Below are positions 1 to 8,879 of a stretch of DNA of 37,158 bases, one piece after another; the stretch's first letter is position 1; each line of letters opens with the position of its first letter. A model generated the notes under the pieces. That model did no database searches. It had not been told where the DNA came from and was given only the letters and a program-made list of their open reading frames with translations. The stretch spans positions 1-37,158 of the IMG/VR virus record IMGVR_UViG_3300011335_000219. One strand, given 5' to 3'. The DNA is from a virus (Duplodnaviria; Caudoviricetes). The translations under genes were made by a program, and so were the position numbers.

Positions 1-198
1 CGCGTTGCGTCAATCAACTAAGCGAAGGGTAATCTATGAAAACACTAAAATGTAACGTGGGCGACCGGGTGTCATTTGCGCGCCACGTGGTCAAGCGCTT
101 GGGGCACGATAAGCACGTGGCCGATGCGCGCGGCCACGTAGTGGCCATCGATGGGCCGGTGGTGGCCGTTGATTTTGCGGGCACGTGGGCGCCCCATG
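1..198. repeat. Terminal direct repeat, left copy (circular overlap / terminal redundancy)
   Basis: Identical to 36961-37158 except at positions 22, 52 and 72 (all G/T differences). Confidence 0.97.
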
Positions 199-278
199 AA
201 GACGGTGGCACCGTGCGCCACGTGCCCGGCGCAAACCTTACCAAAATCATGGCCAGCGGGGTGGTGTATGACTATTAA
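36..278 (+). CDS. Early hypothetical protein (80 aa, SH3/KOW-like 'VGDRV' start)
   Basis: ATG preceded by GAAGGG RBS-like motif; overlaps the next ORF; 5' part duplicated at 36996. Confidence 0.75.
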   Translation: MKTLKCNVGDRVSFARHVVKRLGHDKHVADARGHVVAIDGPVVAVDFAGTWAPHEDGGTVRHVPGANLTKIMASGVVYDY

Positions 279-543
279 AACCATGCGTGCCAAATACAAG
301 GGTAAGGATGCGCGCACCGGCGCGCCCATCTACCCGGGAGATGAGATCCAATTCGACACTATCACCCGGCGGGCATGGATAACCGCCGAACCGGGCGACT
401 GTGAATATGAAACCCATGCTGGCCAGTATCTGGCACAGTCCCATGGGGTCTCGCACATATGGAATTCAGGGGGCCGGGAATACTACAGAAATAAAAACGG
501 CCGGTGCGAAGATGCACCATGTTGCGGGTGTTGCAACGCATGA
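268..543 (+). CDS. Early hypothetical protein with C-terminal RCEDAPCCGCC Cys cluster
   Basis: ATG at 268 overlaps the previous gene (alternative ATG at 283); Cys-rich C-terminus of a type recurrent in phage early proteins; ATGA overlap with next gene. Confidence 0.75.
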   Translation: MTIKTMRAKYKGKDARTGAPIYPGDEIQFDTITRRAWITAEPGDCEYETHAGQYLAQSHGVSHIWNSGGREYYRNKNGRCEDAPCCGCCNA

Positions 544-695
544 CGTACTACACCACTAAGGGCGCAGCCCAAGCCCTGGCCGATACGCTGGCCGCTCAGG
601 ATGCGGACGCATGGCTTTACGAAGTGCACGCGAGCCCGCGCGGGTTCTATATTGCAATTTTCGATTTTGATCACTTTTTTTTGGGGAACTTATGA
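540..695 (+). CDS. Early hypothetical protein (51 aa)
   Basis: ATGA overlaps with both neighbours; MTYYTTKGAAQALAD... Confidence 0.7.
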   Translation: MTYYTTKGAAQALADTLAAQDADAWLYEVHASPRGFYIAIFDFDHFFLGNL

Positions 696-775
696 AGGAC
701 ATTTTCGCTGCTCTCACTATCGCGGCCGCGCTCACTGTGTGCGCGCTGGCTTATTTTGACGTTCTAATTAAATAA
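692..775 (+). CDS. Tiny hydrophobic (single-TM) protein MKDIFAALTIAAALTVCALAYFDVLIK
   Basis: Read by hand; ATGA overlap; fills the gap up to the AAGGA RBS of the next gene. Confidence 0.6.
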   Translation: MKDIFAALTIAAALTVCALAYFDVLIK

Positions 776-786
776 AGGAAAACACC

Positions 787-1038
787 ATGCAAACCTATAA
801 GTTAAACACGGGGGTACACGTATTGGCCCGTTTTTTAAAAGACGGTAACTTGTACCCGTACACGTACATAAACCGCACGCAGGCAGAAAACGCAGCCCGT
901 AAACACGGGGGCGAAGTCTACCAAGGGCCAAGTAGCCGGCGGGTATTCTATGTAACTCAAACCCATGATTCTCACTGCCCGGCTAATTATGGCTGCGCGT
1001 GCTACTGCGACCGCATAACCTTGGAGCAAACAACATGA
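787..1038 (+). CDS. Early hypothetical protein with C-terminal H-x2-HC-x5-CxCxC metal-binding-like motif
   Basis: AAGGA RBS; ORF track; ATGA overlap downstream. Confidence 0.7.
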   Translation: MQTYKLNTGVHVLARFLKDGNLYPYTYINRTQAENAARKHGGEVYQGPSSRRVFYVTQTHDSHCPANYGCACYCDRITLEQTT

Positions 1039-1313
1039 TCACAATCGGAAAAACCACATACAAAACCAACCGCGCCGACATTTTCGGGCACCACGACAAG
1101 GCCACGGGCAAGCATAAGCCCGTAAAGTCGAAGGGCGCCGTTAAGCGGTTCTATCCGCCCTTTGGCGCCACCATGTCCACGGCTGAATATGTGGCCGCGT
1201 ATGAGACCCTGAACAAGGGGCTAACCGTTTGGGACTGGCAGCCCTTGAGCACCGCGCCCACCGTGGCCGAAGGGGCCGATAGTGCATGGGAGGTCGAGCA
1301 TGACGCTGATTAA
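1035..1313 (+). CDS. Early hypothetical protein (92 aa)
   Basis: GGAG RBS and ATG at 1035 (ATGA overlap). Confidence 0.7.
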   Translation: MITIGKTTYKTNRADIFGHHDKATGKHKPVKSKGAVKRFYPPFGATMSTAEYVAAYETLNKGLTVWDWQPLSTAPTVAEGADSAWEVEHDAD

Positions 1314-1521
1314 TTTTTGCGAGACACCGCGCACCATGGTGGAGATCGAAGCGGAGGGTTTCACCCGCGATCAAGTTTATGGGGCGGTCAAGCGGGGCGA
1401 ACTGGTGAACCAAAACCGAAAGGATGCCTGGGGGCGCATCAAGCGGGGCGCGGGCCTTTTTACGGTGGCATGCCCGGCCCCTACCTATGACGCCGCGCCA
1501 CTGGTGGCAGCATGGCGCTAA
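1300..1521 (+). CDS. Early hypothetical protein (73 aa), possibly wHTH-like
   Basis: GGAGG RBS before ATG 1300. Confidence 0.7.
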   Translation: MTLINFCETPRTMVEIEAEGFTRDQVYGAVKRGELVNQNRKDAWGRIKRGAGLFTVACPAPTYDAAPLVAAWR

Positions 1522-1571
1522 TTTGCGCGGTCATTTTGGCCGCTATACTGGCACTGCTGCTGGATCTCTAG
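1512..1571 (+). CDS. Possible 19-aa hydrophobic peptide MALICAVILAAILALLLDL
   Basis: Overlaps the previous gene; entirely hydrophobic; ends just before the terminator. Confidence 0.45.
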   Translation: MALICAVILAAILALLLDL

Positions 1572-1588
1572 CAGTTGCCAACCCTCAC

Positions 1589-1613
1589 AGGGCCCCTCGC
1601 GGGGCCCTTTTTT
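1589..1613 (+). terminator. Intrinsic terminator between the convergent early operon and primase
   Basis: AGGGCCCC-TCGC-GGGGCCCT followed by a T run. Confidence 0.85.
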
Positions 1614-3885
1614 ATGTTGACGGCTCAACCATGCGCCGAAGGTCAGAGCGCGAATACTCGCTCAACTCAGGGGCGCAGAAAACGTGCTTTTTGGTGTCAT
1701 GGTCGCGCGACTTGATGCGGCCCATGTCGACCCAGCCCGCTTCCTTGAAGGCATGAAGGAGCGCGGCTTGGACGACCTTAACACCACCGGGGGCGATGCC
1801 CTGCAGGCGGTCGCAAAGCCCGTAGAAGGGGCCACCGCACACGCCACGCGAGAACTCACCCGCACGCCGGCGCATGAGGTCAACCAGAAACGATTCGGCG
1901 CCGCTCATGCCGTGCTCGACCATGATTGACTTGGCCTCAGTCATGGGGGGCGCTGCGTTCGGGTTCCACGCGGACACGTCACGGGCGTGCAAGTAATGGG
2001 CCACGGCCTCGAAACCACCCCGGTGTTGGTACCAATTCCACAAGCTCACCGCTTGAGCTTCTGGGAGCTTGGGGGCATCAGCCCAAAGGACAAACCACCG
2101 GCGGTCTTCGCTGGGGATCGAGATGGCCACGCGCTCATTAGAAAATGCAATCACAAAGACCCGGTTCAAGGCCATGTAGGGGTGGAGCCCCTTGCGATTG
2201 ACCATGAGGAGCTCAGGGGGCGCGGCGATGATGGGCTTCAACGTGTTTTCAAGCGCCCGCCGGTCTTTGGCCTCGGCCTGCCTGAGCTCGGCGATCTCCA
2301 TGACTTCGCATTCAAGCGCGTAGCCCCATTGGCTTGTGAGCTCTTCATTTTTGACCAATGAGCAATTGTGCTTGGACGGGCCACCAATGGCCCAAAAGAA
2401 GGGGGCGAACAGGGTGTCTTTGCCCGACCCGTGATTACCGCCCAAAAGGATAGCGTGATTGATCTTATGGCCTGGGAACTGGACTTTATGGGCCAGCGCA
2501 TTTAGCAGGTGCTCGCGCTCGAAACGCTCGGGCACCATGCGCTCAACGTGCGCCAGCCACAAAGCCGGGTCACCGGCCACCGGCTGCGGACGCGCATCGC
2601 GCCAGCGGTTGCCGTAGACCTGGCCCTCACGGGCCACCAGCACGGACGCCCCGGCGGCGTAGGTGATGCCCACTAGCGACTTGGCGCCCTTGCCCTGGCG
2701 GTTTTCATCAAAGGACGTTGCGGCCTCGATGCGGCGCTTGGCGTTGTGAATCGACTTGCAGTCGATATGCCGGTACAAGGCGTTGAAGGTGTTGCGCGAG
2801 ACTTCGCGGCGGTCGGTCATGTCGAAAAAGGCGTCATCGGTCTGGACATAGGCGAAGCGCTCATACCACTCGTTCTTCTCAACTCGGCCCAGTTCCTTGC
2901 GCTCGACCTCGGCGATGACGCGGGCGGCCTCATCGGGGTAGTCGGCGGTGGGGGCGAGCCTGGAGAGCGCCGACTCCATGGCCTGGGTGAGCAGTTCCTC
3001 ACGCAAGCCGGGGTTGTGGGCGGGGCCCCCTTGGTCGGCCACCCACGTCAAAAAGGCGCGGGAGTCGAAGTCAACGCAATGCGAGTGCAGGCAACAATAG
3101 GCGCGGTTGGCGGGCATGTAGCGGCCCTCTGGGTTGCCATCGGTATGCTCGGCACCATTGGGGCAGATGACGCCCGCCCAACCCTCGCCATTGGGTTTGG
3201 ACAGTAGCAGGCCCTGGCCACTGAGCCACGCCATGACGTCATCCGCGCCATCATCCGACAGTCGGATGGGGCGCAAGGTGAGCGAGTCGGGCTCGACCGG
3301 CGTCACGTCCAAGGTATCGCAAATGTCACCTAGTGTGTACTCGCGCTCTGGGTGAAACTCCACCAGGCGCGCGGCGAAGTTGTCGCGGCCCGGTTTGAGG
3401 TTGACGCTGCCGGGCAAGCGGAAATTACGAACCGGGTTGCAGGCACCGGGGTCGGTGTAACCCGCCTCGGCAATGGCTTTGATGGCCGCGCTGAACTCGG
3501 CCTTGGTCGGCTGATCGCTGAAGGCGTAGCCCCATTGGAATGAACCGGGCGATGTCTCCATAATCCATGTCGGGTCGAGTGGAGGCGTCTTGGACTTGGT
3601 GCCAATGTCGTCCAGCATCATCACCAGGATGTATTCGCAGTTGGCAGCGGACGCTGACACCCGGCCATCGGTGAATCGGTCGATGACAAAGCTGGCGGTG
3701 TTGGCGTACCATGCTTGATCGCCCTTGATGCGCTTGGGGTCGGGCAAGAATGCCGGCCATGTGCATTTGACCGCCCCATCGGCGTGGAGTTGTATCTCGC
3801 CGTCTTTCAACTGTGGTTTTTGCCTGACAATTAACGCTGTCTCGCCACTTGGGGCTAATTTTGTGATAAATTCCAAGAATTCCAA
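1612..3885 (-). CDS. Primase (RepB/AEP-like N-terminus) fused to SF3 helicase (DUF5906-like)
   Basis: LDDIG, ETSPGSFQWGY and RNFRLPGSVN primase motifs; CP..H..CLHSHC Zn motif; Walker A GNHGSGKD; DRRWF; TTG start with AGGAG RBS. Confidence 0.9.
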   Translation of the reverse strand: MEFLEFITKLAPSGETALIVRQKPQLKDGEIQLHADGAVKCTWPAFLPDPKRIKGDQAWYANTASFVIDRFTDGRVSASAANCEYILVMMLDDIGTKSKTPPLDPTWIMETSPGSFQWGYAFSDQPTKAEFSAAIKAIAEAGYTDPGACNPVRNFRLPGSVNLKPGRDNFAARLVEFHPEREYTLGDICDTLDVTPVEPDSLTLRPIRLSDDGADDVMAWLSGQGLLLSKPNGEGWAGVICPNGAEHTDGNPEGRYMPANRAYCCLHSHCVDFDSRAFLTWVADQGGPAHNPGLREELLTQAMESALSRLAPTADYPDEAARVIAEVERKELGRVEKNEWYERFAYVQTDDAFFDMTDRREVSRNTFNALYRHIDCKSIHNAKRRIEAATSFDENRQGKGAKSLVGITYAAGASVLVAREGQVYGNRWRDARPQPVAGDPALWLAHVERMVPERFEREHLLNALAHKVQFPGHKINHAILLGGNHGSGKDTLFAPFFWAIGGPSKHNCSLVKNEELTSQWGYALECEVMEIAELRQAEAKDRRALENTLKPIIAAPPELLMVNRKGLHPYMALNRVFVIAFSNERVAISIPSEDRRWFVLWADAPKLPEAQAVSLWNWYQHRGGFEAVAHYLHARDVSAWNPNAAPPMTEAKSIMVEHGMSGAESFLVDLMRRRAGEFSRGVCGGPFYGLCDRLQGIAPGGVKVVQAALLHAFKEAGWVDMGRIKSRDHDTKKHVFCAPELSEYSRSDLRRMVEPST

Positions 3886-3901
3886 CTTGTTCTCCTTTAA
3901 G

Positions 3902-3928
3902 AGCCCGCCTGCCAGCGGGCTTTTTATT
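3902..3928. terminator. Hairpin upstream of the primase RBS (terminator-like on + strand)
   Basis: AGCCCGC-CTGCCA-GCGGGCT followed by TTTTATT. Confidence 0.6.
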
Positions 3929-4273
3929 TAACTGATTACGCGAAGCTCACGCAAAAGCGCTTCGGTCTTTGCAATATATTGCTCCGATCCCGAATGATGC
4001 TTTTGCGAGCAACCCACGCCTGCCACCCCACTGGTGGTCTGATACTCCCAAAACACCCGCAGGCGCTCCAGGCTTGAATCCAAGTGGCTGTTGACCACTT
4101 CGTTTTCGCTCATCTCGAGCAACGCATGCACATACGCGCAAACCGCAGCCAAGCACGTCACGTCCTTGCCCCGTAACACCATGACGGGCTCGTTTTCGTC
4201 GATGAAGTATTCCCCCCCCCCCCCGGTGATAAAGGCGATCAGTGTCGCCGAATTTGTACTTTGGGTCGTTCAT
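3928..4273 (-). pseudogene. Small phage protein ('ENEPVMVLRGKD' type) frameshifted at a G13 tract
   Basis: ATG overlaps the polymerase stop (ATGA); removing one G from the tract (C13 at 4212-4224 on +) gives one 114-aa ORF MNDPKYKF...HRGGGEYFIDENEPVMVLRGKD...RVIS. Confidence 0.75.
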
Positions 4274-6180
4274 TTTCCATACCTTTCCATTATGTTTACC
4301 TCTGCGTCAAGGGGCAAGCCCTTGGCCCACTCGGGCGGCGTACACATCACCTCTTTCAATCGCACGGCCATCTCTTCTGGCCGGTCGGTCTCAATAACCA
4401 CCTCGTCATGGACGTGGAGCACCACGTCATCAAGCTGGCGCAGGGTATGGCGTAGCAAATCATTGGCGGTGGCTTGTGTGATATTCTCACACGCTAGACC
4501 CTTCCAAAGCCTTGCACGCGGCCATTCTTTTGCATCAGCCGCCGGTTTCCAAGCGGCCTTGGCGTAGGTCACACCATCGGCGTCTAGCTTGGCAAACGGG
4601 TAGCACAGCACCCGCGCGGAGGGCAGAGCGTACCAGAGATGCTGGCCATCGAACATATAGGTGACCCGCCCCGCGCTGAACTCATGGCCTTTGTTGCGCA
4701 TCGCCCTGGTGTAAGCTTCTTCAAGCTGCTGCCAGTAAGGTACAGACCAAGGGTTTGCCCTACGCCATGCGTCAACCATGCGCTTGGATTCAAACTCGGT
4801 GAGTTGCACGCCGTAGGCGCGGCCCATGGCCGCAAAGGCACCCACGCCGCCAGCGAAGCCGCAGGCGAGCTCTTGCACCTTGCCGATCTGGCGCTGGTCT
4901 TTGGTTACATCGGCGACAGCGACGCCAAAGGTGGCGGCGGCGTTGACCTTGTACACATCCTCACCCTTGGCAAAGATGGCCAACTTGTCATCCCCACGGC
5001 CTGAAAGCCACGGATTGGCGCGGGCCTCTATCGCCGCCCAGTCAGCCACGACCAAGGACTTACCCGGCGCTGGTATCAGTGCGGGCCTGAGCATCCCCTT
5101 GAGGACATCAGTAACGCGCTTTCCAAATCGAGGAACAATTGAATGGCCTCTGACCATTGCAGTTCTAACGTCTTCGGGCGATTCGGCGCACTTGCGAGTG
5201 AAATTGTGAACCTGGGCTCCATAGCTACTGGCTCTGCCTGTTGCGCTGCCGCCTGCGAATACAAACGCGCCTCGAACTCGGTTGTCCTCGACATCTGCCA
5301 GGCTTGCAAGGCGGCTGAACTTCGCAACCGACGACGCCCAGAGATCGTCGGCGCATTGAATGACTTCTTGAACATGGGGTGGGACATCCTCACAGTTTAA
5401 TAAATTCGCCCGCACAGTCTTGTCGATGCTGTACTTCATCTCGCCATCTTTGTAGGTCTCCATGAGCTTGAGGGCTTGCGGGCCTACGCGCTCGATCACC
5501 CACTGGCGCATCTTGGGAGAGCGCACGCTGGTGATGGCGCCCTCGGTGACCTCGGCCACGATCTGCTCAATCTCGATGAGCTCGTCGCTGGCGTACTTGA
5601 CAGCGGCTTTGCACAGGGGCACATCGACCAACACGCCCCGGTCGTTGATGCGTTCGTTGATGTGGTAGTCGAGCAGTTCGTCCTCTGACAGTGGCCGCAA
5701 CGCCTTGCTGATCGAGCGCATGGCGCGCACGTCTTGTTCGCAGTAGCGAATCATCTCGGCCATCAGGGCCGGGTCGTCGCGGAATGGCGGTATGCACAAC
5801 AAGCGGATCAACTGCGAGCCGCGATGGTCTTTCTTCATGGATGCGCCGGCGAAGCGCCCCACGTCCTCAAGCGAACCCGGCGCGCAGTTGGCGCGGGCCT
5901 GGGTGGCGGTGCAAACAAACTGTGTTAAGTCAAAGTTGATCTGCAACACGTACCAAAAAATTAAGCGCTCAAACGCAGCGTTGTGGGCGTAGATCAAGCC
6001 CTTGTGGTTGCGCACGCTTTCGGGAAATGGTTGGTCAGGCGTCCATGTCTGGACATCTTCATCATCAAAAGCCCACGACATACACAGCACGTCGGTCGAT
6101 GGATCTTGAGCGTAGTTGTAAACGCCTGCGGCTTTTAGGTCGCAGGCGCTACGGGTTTCAAAGTCAATCCAGAGCGTCAT
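4270..6180 (-). CDS. Family A DNA polymerase with 3'-5' exonuclease
   Basis: DFET and AHNAAFE exonuclease motifs; ATGR; DWAAIEAR (motif A); RQIGKVQELACGF (motif B); HVHDE (motif C). Confidence 0.95.
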   Translation of the reverse strand: MTLWIDFETRSACDLKAAGVYNYAQDPSTDVLCMSWAFDDEDVQTWTPDQPFPESVRNHKGLIYAHNAAFERLIFWYVLQINFDLTQFVCTATQARANCAPGSLEDVGRFAGASMKKDHRGSQLIRLLCIPPFRDDPALMAEMIRYCEQDVRAMRSISKALRPLSEDELLDYHINERINDRGVLVDVPLCKAAVKYASDELIEIEQIVAEVTEGAITSVRSPKMRQWVIERVGPQALKLMETYKDGEMKYSIDKTVRANLLNCEDVPPHVQEVIQCADDLWASSVAKFSRLASLADVEDNRVRGAFVFAGGSATGRASSYGAQVHNFTRKCAESPEDVRTAMVRGHSIVPRFGKRVTDVLKGMLRPALIPAPGKSLVVADWAAIEARANPWLSGRGDDKLAIFAKGEDVYKVNAAATFGVAVADVTKDQRQIGKVQELACGFAGGVGAFAAMGRAYGVQLTEFESKRMVDAWRRANPWSVPYWQQLEEAYTRAMRNKGHEFSAGRVTYMFDGQHLWYALPSARVLCYPFAKLDADGVTYAKAAWKPAADAKEWPRARLWKGLACENITQATANDLLRHTLRQLDDVVLHVHDEVVIETDRPEEMAVRLKEVMCTPPEWAKGLPLDAEVNIMERYGK

Positions 6181-6744
6181 TTTTTAGGGTAGTTTACTGT
6201 TGGGTATTGCAATGAATCGCGCAAACGCGCGACTTCTTTTTTTTGCGCCGATAAAAGTTACATACCGGTGTTTTGCTGAACGATTAACTCGGTTTGTTTT
6301 GTCGCCAGAATGGTGCCTGCTGTGCTTGCCGTCTTTTGCCGCCATGTCAGTCCTGGGCTTTGTAGTGCCAGTAAACAAAAAATTACACGCTTGATAGACA
6401 TACCCAACATGCCCTTGCGCGGTGTCTGCATAAGACACAACCACACGCGGTGTGGGTAGCATAGCCAAAGATCGGCCAACTAAAAAAGACGCCTCGTTTT
6501 TAATGTTGTGAGTCAATACAAGCCTATTTAATTCAAGAACCAAAGCACGGTTTTCAACACCGCAAACACCTTTGCAAAGCCATGGAGATGCAGGCATACC
6601 ATATGTGACAACGCCTACAAGCGCGTCGGACAAAAATAAACCAAACGCAAAACTGATTGACGGCATACGCTTTGCGTAATGCAAATCCAATATAAACGGT
6701 TTGGTATCCGCGTATGAAATTGGTCGAACAGAATATAACTTCAA
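6177..6744 (-). CDS. mom: Mom-family adenine-modification (GNAT) protein; C-terminus frameshifted at an A8 tract
   Basis: HY.K..P, GVVTYG.PAS, LELNRL, SYAD..QGH.G.VYQA.N..F.G and KHRY motifs; TTG start at 6744 with AGGAG RBS. As sequenced it stops at 6184; with A7 it ends ...LQYPTVNYPKK with its TGA overlapping the polymerase ATG. Confidence 0.8.
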
Positions 6745-6762
6745 TGTAGTGTCTCCTTTCCA

Positions 6763-6783
6763 ATGCCGCCTGTCACGCGGCAT
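6763..6783. promoter_or_regulatory. Hairpin between the SSB gene and the mom-like RBS
   Basis: ATGCCGC-CTGTCAC-GCGGCAT. Confidence 0.5.
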
Positions 6784-6795
6784 CAGAAAAGCCGC

Positions 6796-7431
6796 TTAGG
6801 CAGACCGACGACGACGACCAGCGGGCGCAGGCGCGGGCGTTTCGACAGCAACCTCGGGCTCACCGTCCATGCTGACCCACTCTTGCACCTCAAACACGGG
6901 CGTGTAGATTTTGCCGTAGCTTTTGTGGGCGTAGTGATCCTTTTTGAGTTTCACAATCGCCACTGGCTTTGCTTGGTCTTTTTCGACCTGCTCTGCCAAC
7001 GCTACAGCCAAGGTCTGCACAGAACGCTTACCGCCCACTGACGTGGTGGTGTACCGCGCTTCCATGCCCTTGTCTTCACCGCTGATGCACTTGAGGCTCA
7101 TGCCCACTTGTGTCTCCCAACCTTTTTTGGCGCCGGGAGGCGCTTCATCAAGCTCGGGCAGCGGTTGGGACACCGACGCCATCTTCTCGGCCAGCACTTC
7201 ACCATCACCCCAGGCGATGAAGCCGTGGACAAAGCTGAAAGGATTGATGGCCCAGGTGGAGTCGTCTTCCACTTCGGTTTGATCGGCACCGAAGACCCAA
7301 TGGCCAGTCTTGTCCATTTTCAGGATGACTGTACCGGCTGGGCCAACGTCTGCTTGGATCGCGCGCAAAGCGGTTGAGAGGGTGGAGACTGCGGGCAAGC
7401 CCGCTTGAGAGAACGCTACTAAATTGGACAT
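6796..7431 (-). CDS. Putative ssDNA-binding/annealing protein
   Basis: Sits between nuclease and polymerase; HKSYGKIYTPVF motif; acidic/Pro-rich then basic tail. Confidence 0.7.
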   Translation of the reverse strand: MSNLVAFSQAGLPAVSTLSTALRAIQADVGPAGTVILKMDKTGHWVFGADQTEVEDDSTWAINPFSFVHGFIAWGDGEVLAEKMASVSQPLPELDEAPPGAKKGWETQVGMSLKCISGEDKGMEARYTTTSVGGKRSVQTLAVALAEQVEKDQAKPVAIVKLKKDHYAHKSYGKIYTPVFEVQEWVSMDGEPEVAVETPAPAPAGRRRRSA

Positions 7432-7440
7432 TTCTGTTCC

Positions 7441-8568
7441 TTATTGAAGTTTAGAAAGGGCTGCAGTTAACTGCTTCCCGATTTGAATCACCTCGGGGCG
7501 TGGGTCATCCACGCTTGCTAAGGTGTTACCCGAACTGACGGCGACAACCAGATCATCGGGCAGGGCTTGCTTGCGCTTTTTGAGCGCCTTCTCAGCCTTG
7601 GCCGGTGAAATGATTGATGTCTCCATCACCTCAGATTCTGTGAGACCGAACGCAAACAAAGCGACTTTGGCCTTGTCTTCGTCAGTCCATTGGCGGATGG
7701 CACGCTTGGCCACCAACTTGTAATCAGGCAGTTTAGCACCGCTGTCGAGCATCTGAAGGGCCAGCGCGCGCAGGTCAGTGATCCACTGCTCCAGCATGTC
7801 GGCGTTCTTCAGATACGCGCTGATCTGGGGCGCGTCCAAGCTCTCGATAGACGTCTTCAAAGCCCGGTCAACAGCGCCGGTCATCTGTGGGCAGATGGGC
7901 TTGGCTGCGCACCAGCGGCAGTGGTCGCCGGTCTTGAGTTCGGCGTTTGCCCACTGCGCCCGCCTGACGGCCTGCACTAACTGCAATTCAAATTCAGCGA
8001 TGCGCTTTGGCGTGGTCACCCAACGCTTGACTTGGGGCGGCTGCACGATCACGCACTCGATCTCATCGACGCCATCAAACGCCCACTTGGCGGCTTCAGT
8101 GCGCATGGACGCAGCGGCGTAGAACATCAGTTGCGGATTCTCTTCTACTTCCACAGCAACGCCATCGCCAAACTTCCAATCCAGTACCACAGCGCGATTG
8201 CCAACACGGCCAATAAGATCAGTAGACCCAAACACACCAGGAAGCAAGTCACCAAAACCAACACGTGTTTCAGCTTCAATTTCCATCTCCTTGGTTGGGT
8301 CGATCTCGTCAAGCGCGGCCAGCGCGGGCTTCAACTTGTTGTCAATCAACTCTTGCGTGAGCACTTGGTCTTCGTACTTGGTGCCCAAGTAATGCTCGGG
8401 CGGGTTGTCGCTCATCACAATGTCGGCGATGACGTTGTGAAGGAGCGTGCCTTCATCGGCGTATTTGTTGCTGGGCTGGGGCGGCATCTTCTGCACCAAG
8501 GCCACTGAGCCTGGACAGTTGATGACGCGCTTGGCGGTCGAGCCGCCGACGATATTACTGTGGTTCAT
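7441..8568 (-). CDS. DUF2800 / Cas4-like PD-(D/E)XK exonuclease
   Basis: HS..GGSTAKR..NCPGS, EGT.LH, FGSTD, DWKFG, NPQL..YA and HCRWC...PICP motifs. Confidence 0.88.
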   Translation of the reverse strand: MNHSNIVGGSTAKRVINCPGSVALVQKMPPQPSNKYADEGTLLHNVIADIVMSDNPPEHYLGTKYEDQVLTQELIDNKLKPALAALDEIDPTKEMEIEAETRVGFGDLLPGVFGSTDLIGRVGNRAVVLDWKFGDGVAVEVEENPQLMFYAAASMRTEAAKWAFDGVDEIECVIVQPPQVKRWVTTPKRIAEFELQLVQAVRRAQWANAELKTGDHCRWCAAKPICPQMTGAVDRALKTSIESLDAPQISAYLKNADMLEQWITDLRALALQMLDSGAKLPDYKLVAKRAIRQWTDEDKAKVALFAFGLTESEVMETSIISPAKAEKALKKRKQALPDDLVVAVSSGNTLASVDDPRPEVIQIGKQLTAALSKLQ

Positions 8569-8879
8569 ACTTTACCTCCCGCTCTTTTAGCAACTCTTTC
8601 CATTGCGTCGCCGTAACTCATGCCCAATGCTTTATCAATCAACGCCAAAGAGGAATCGATGATTTCATCAAAAGTACCTGGGTCAACTTCTTTGATGACG
8701 TTTAGTGTGATCTTTGCGTCTTCCAACGCTTCGATGTCCGCACTGTTGGCGGTGTACAGCAGATCAATGTCTGCTTGGATAGGGGGCTTAAGCGGCTGTA
8801 TCCGGTCAAACATTTGTTTTCCACGGCTGTAAAAATCTTTGTTTTTACCAGTGCTGTTGTCTTTAGTTTTGTGCTGCAT
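8565..8879 (-). CDS. Hypothetical protein (104 aa, lower GC)
   Basis: GAGG RBS; ATGA overlap with the nuclease gene. Confidence 0.7.
   Translation of the reverse strand: MQHKTKDNSTGKNKDFYSRGKQMFDRIQPLKPPIQADIDLLYTANSADIEALEDAKITLNVIKEVDPGTFDEIIDSSLALIDKALGMSYGDAMERVAKRAGGKV

Noticed and set aside
3947-4273. 108-aa ORF as a real protein
   Set aside because: It is the out-of-frame continuation after the G13 tract; the 3928 frame holds the protein-like sequence
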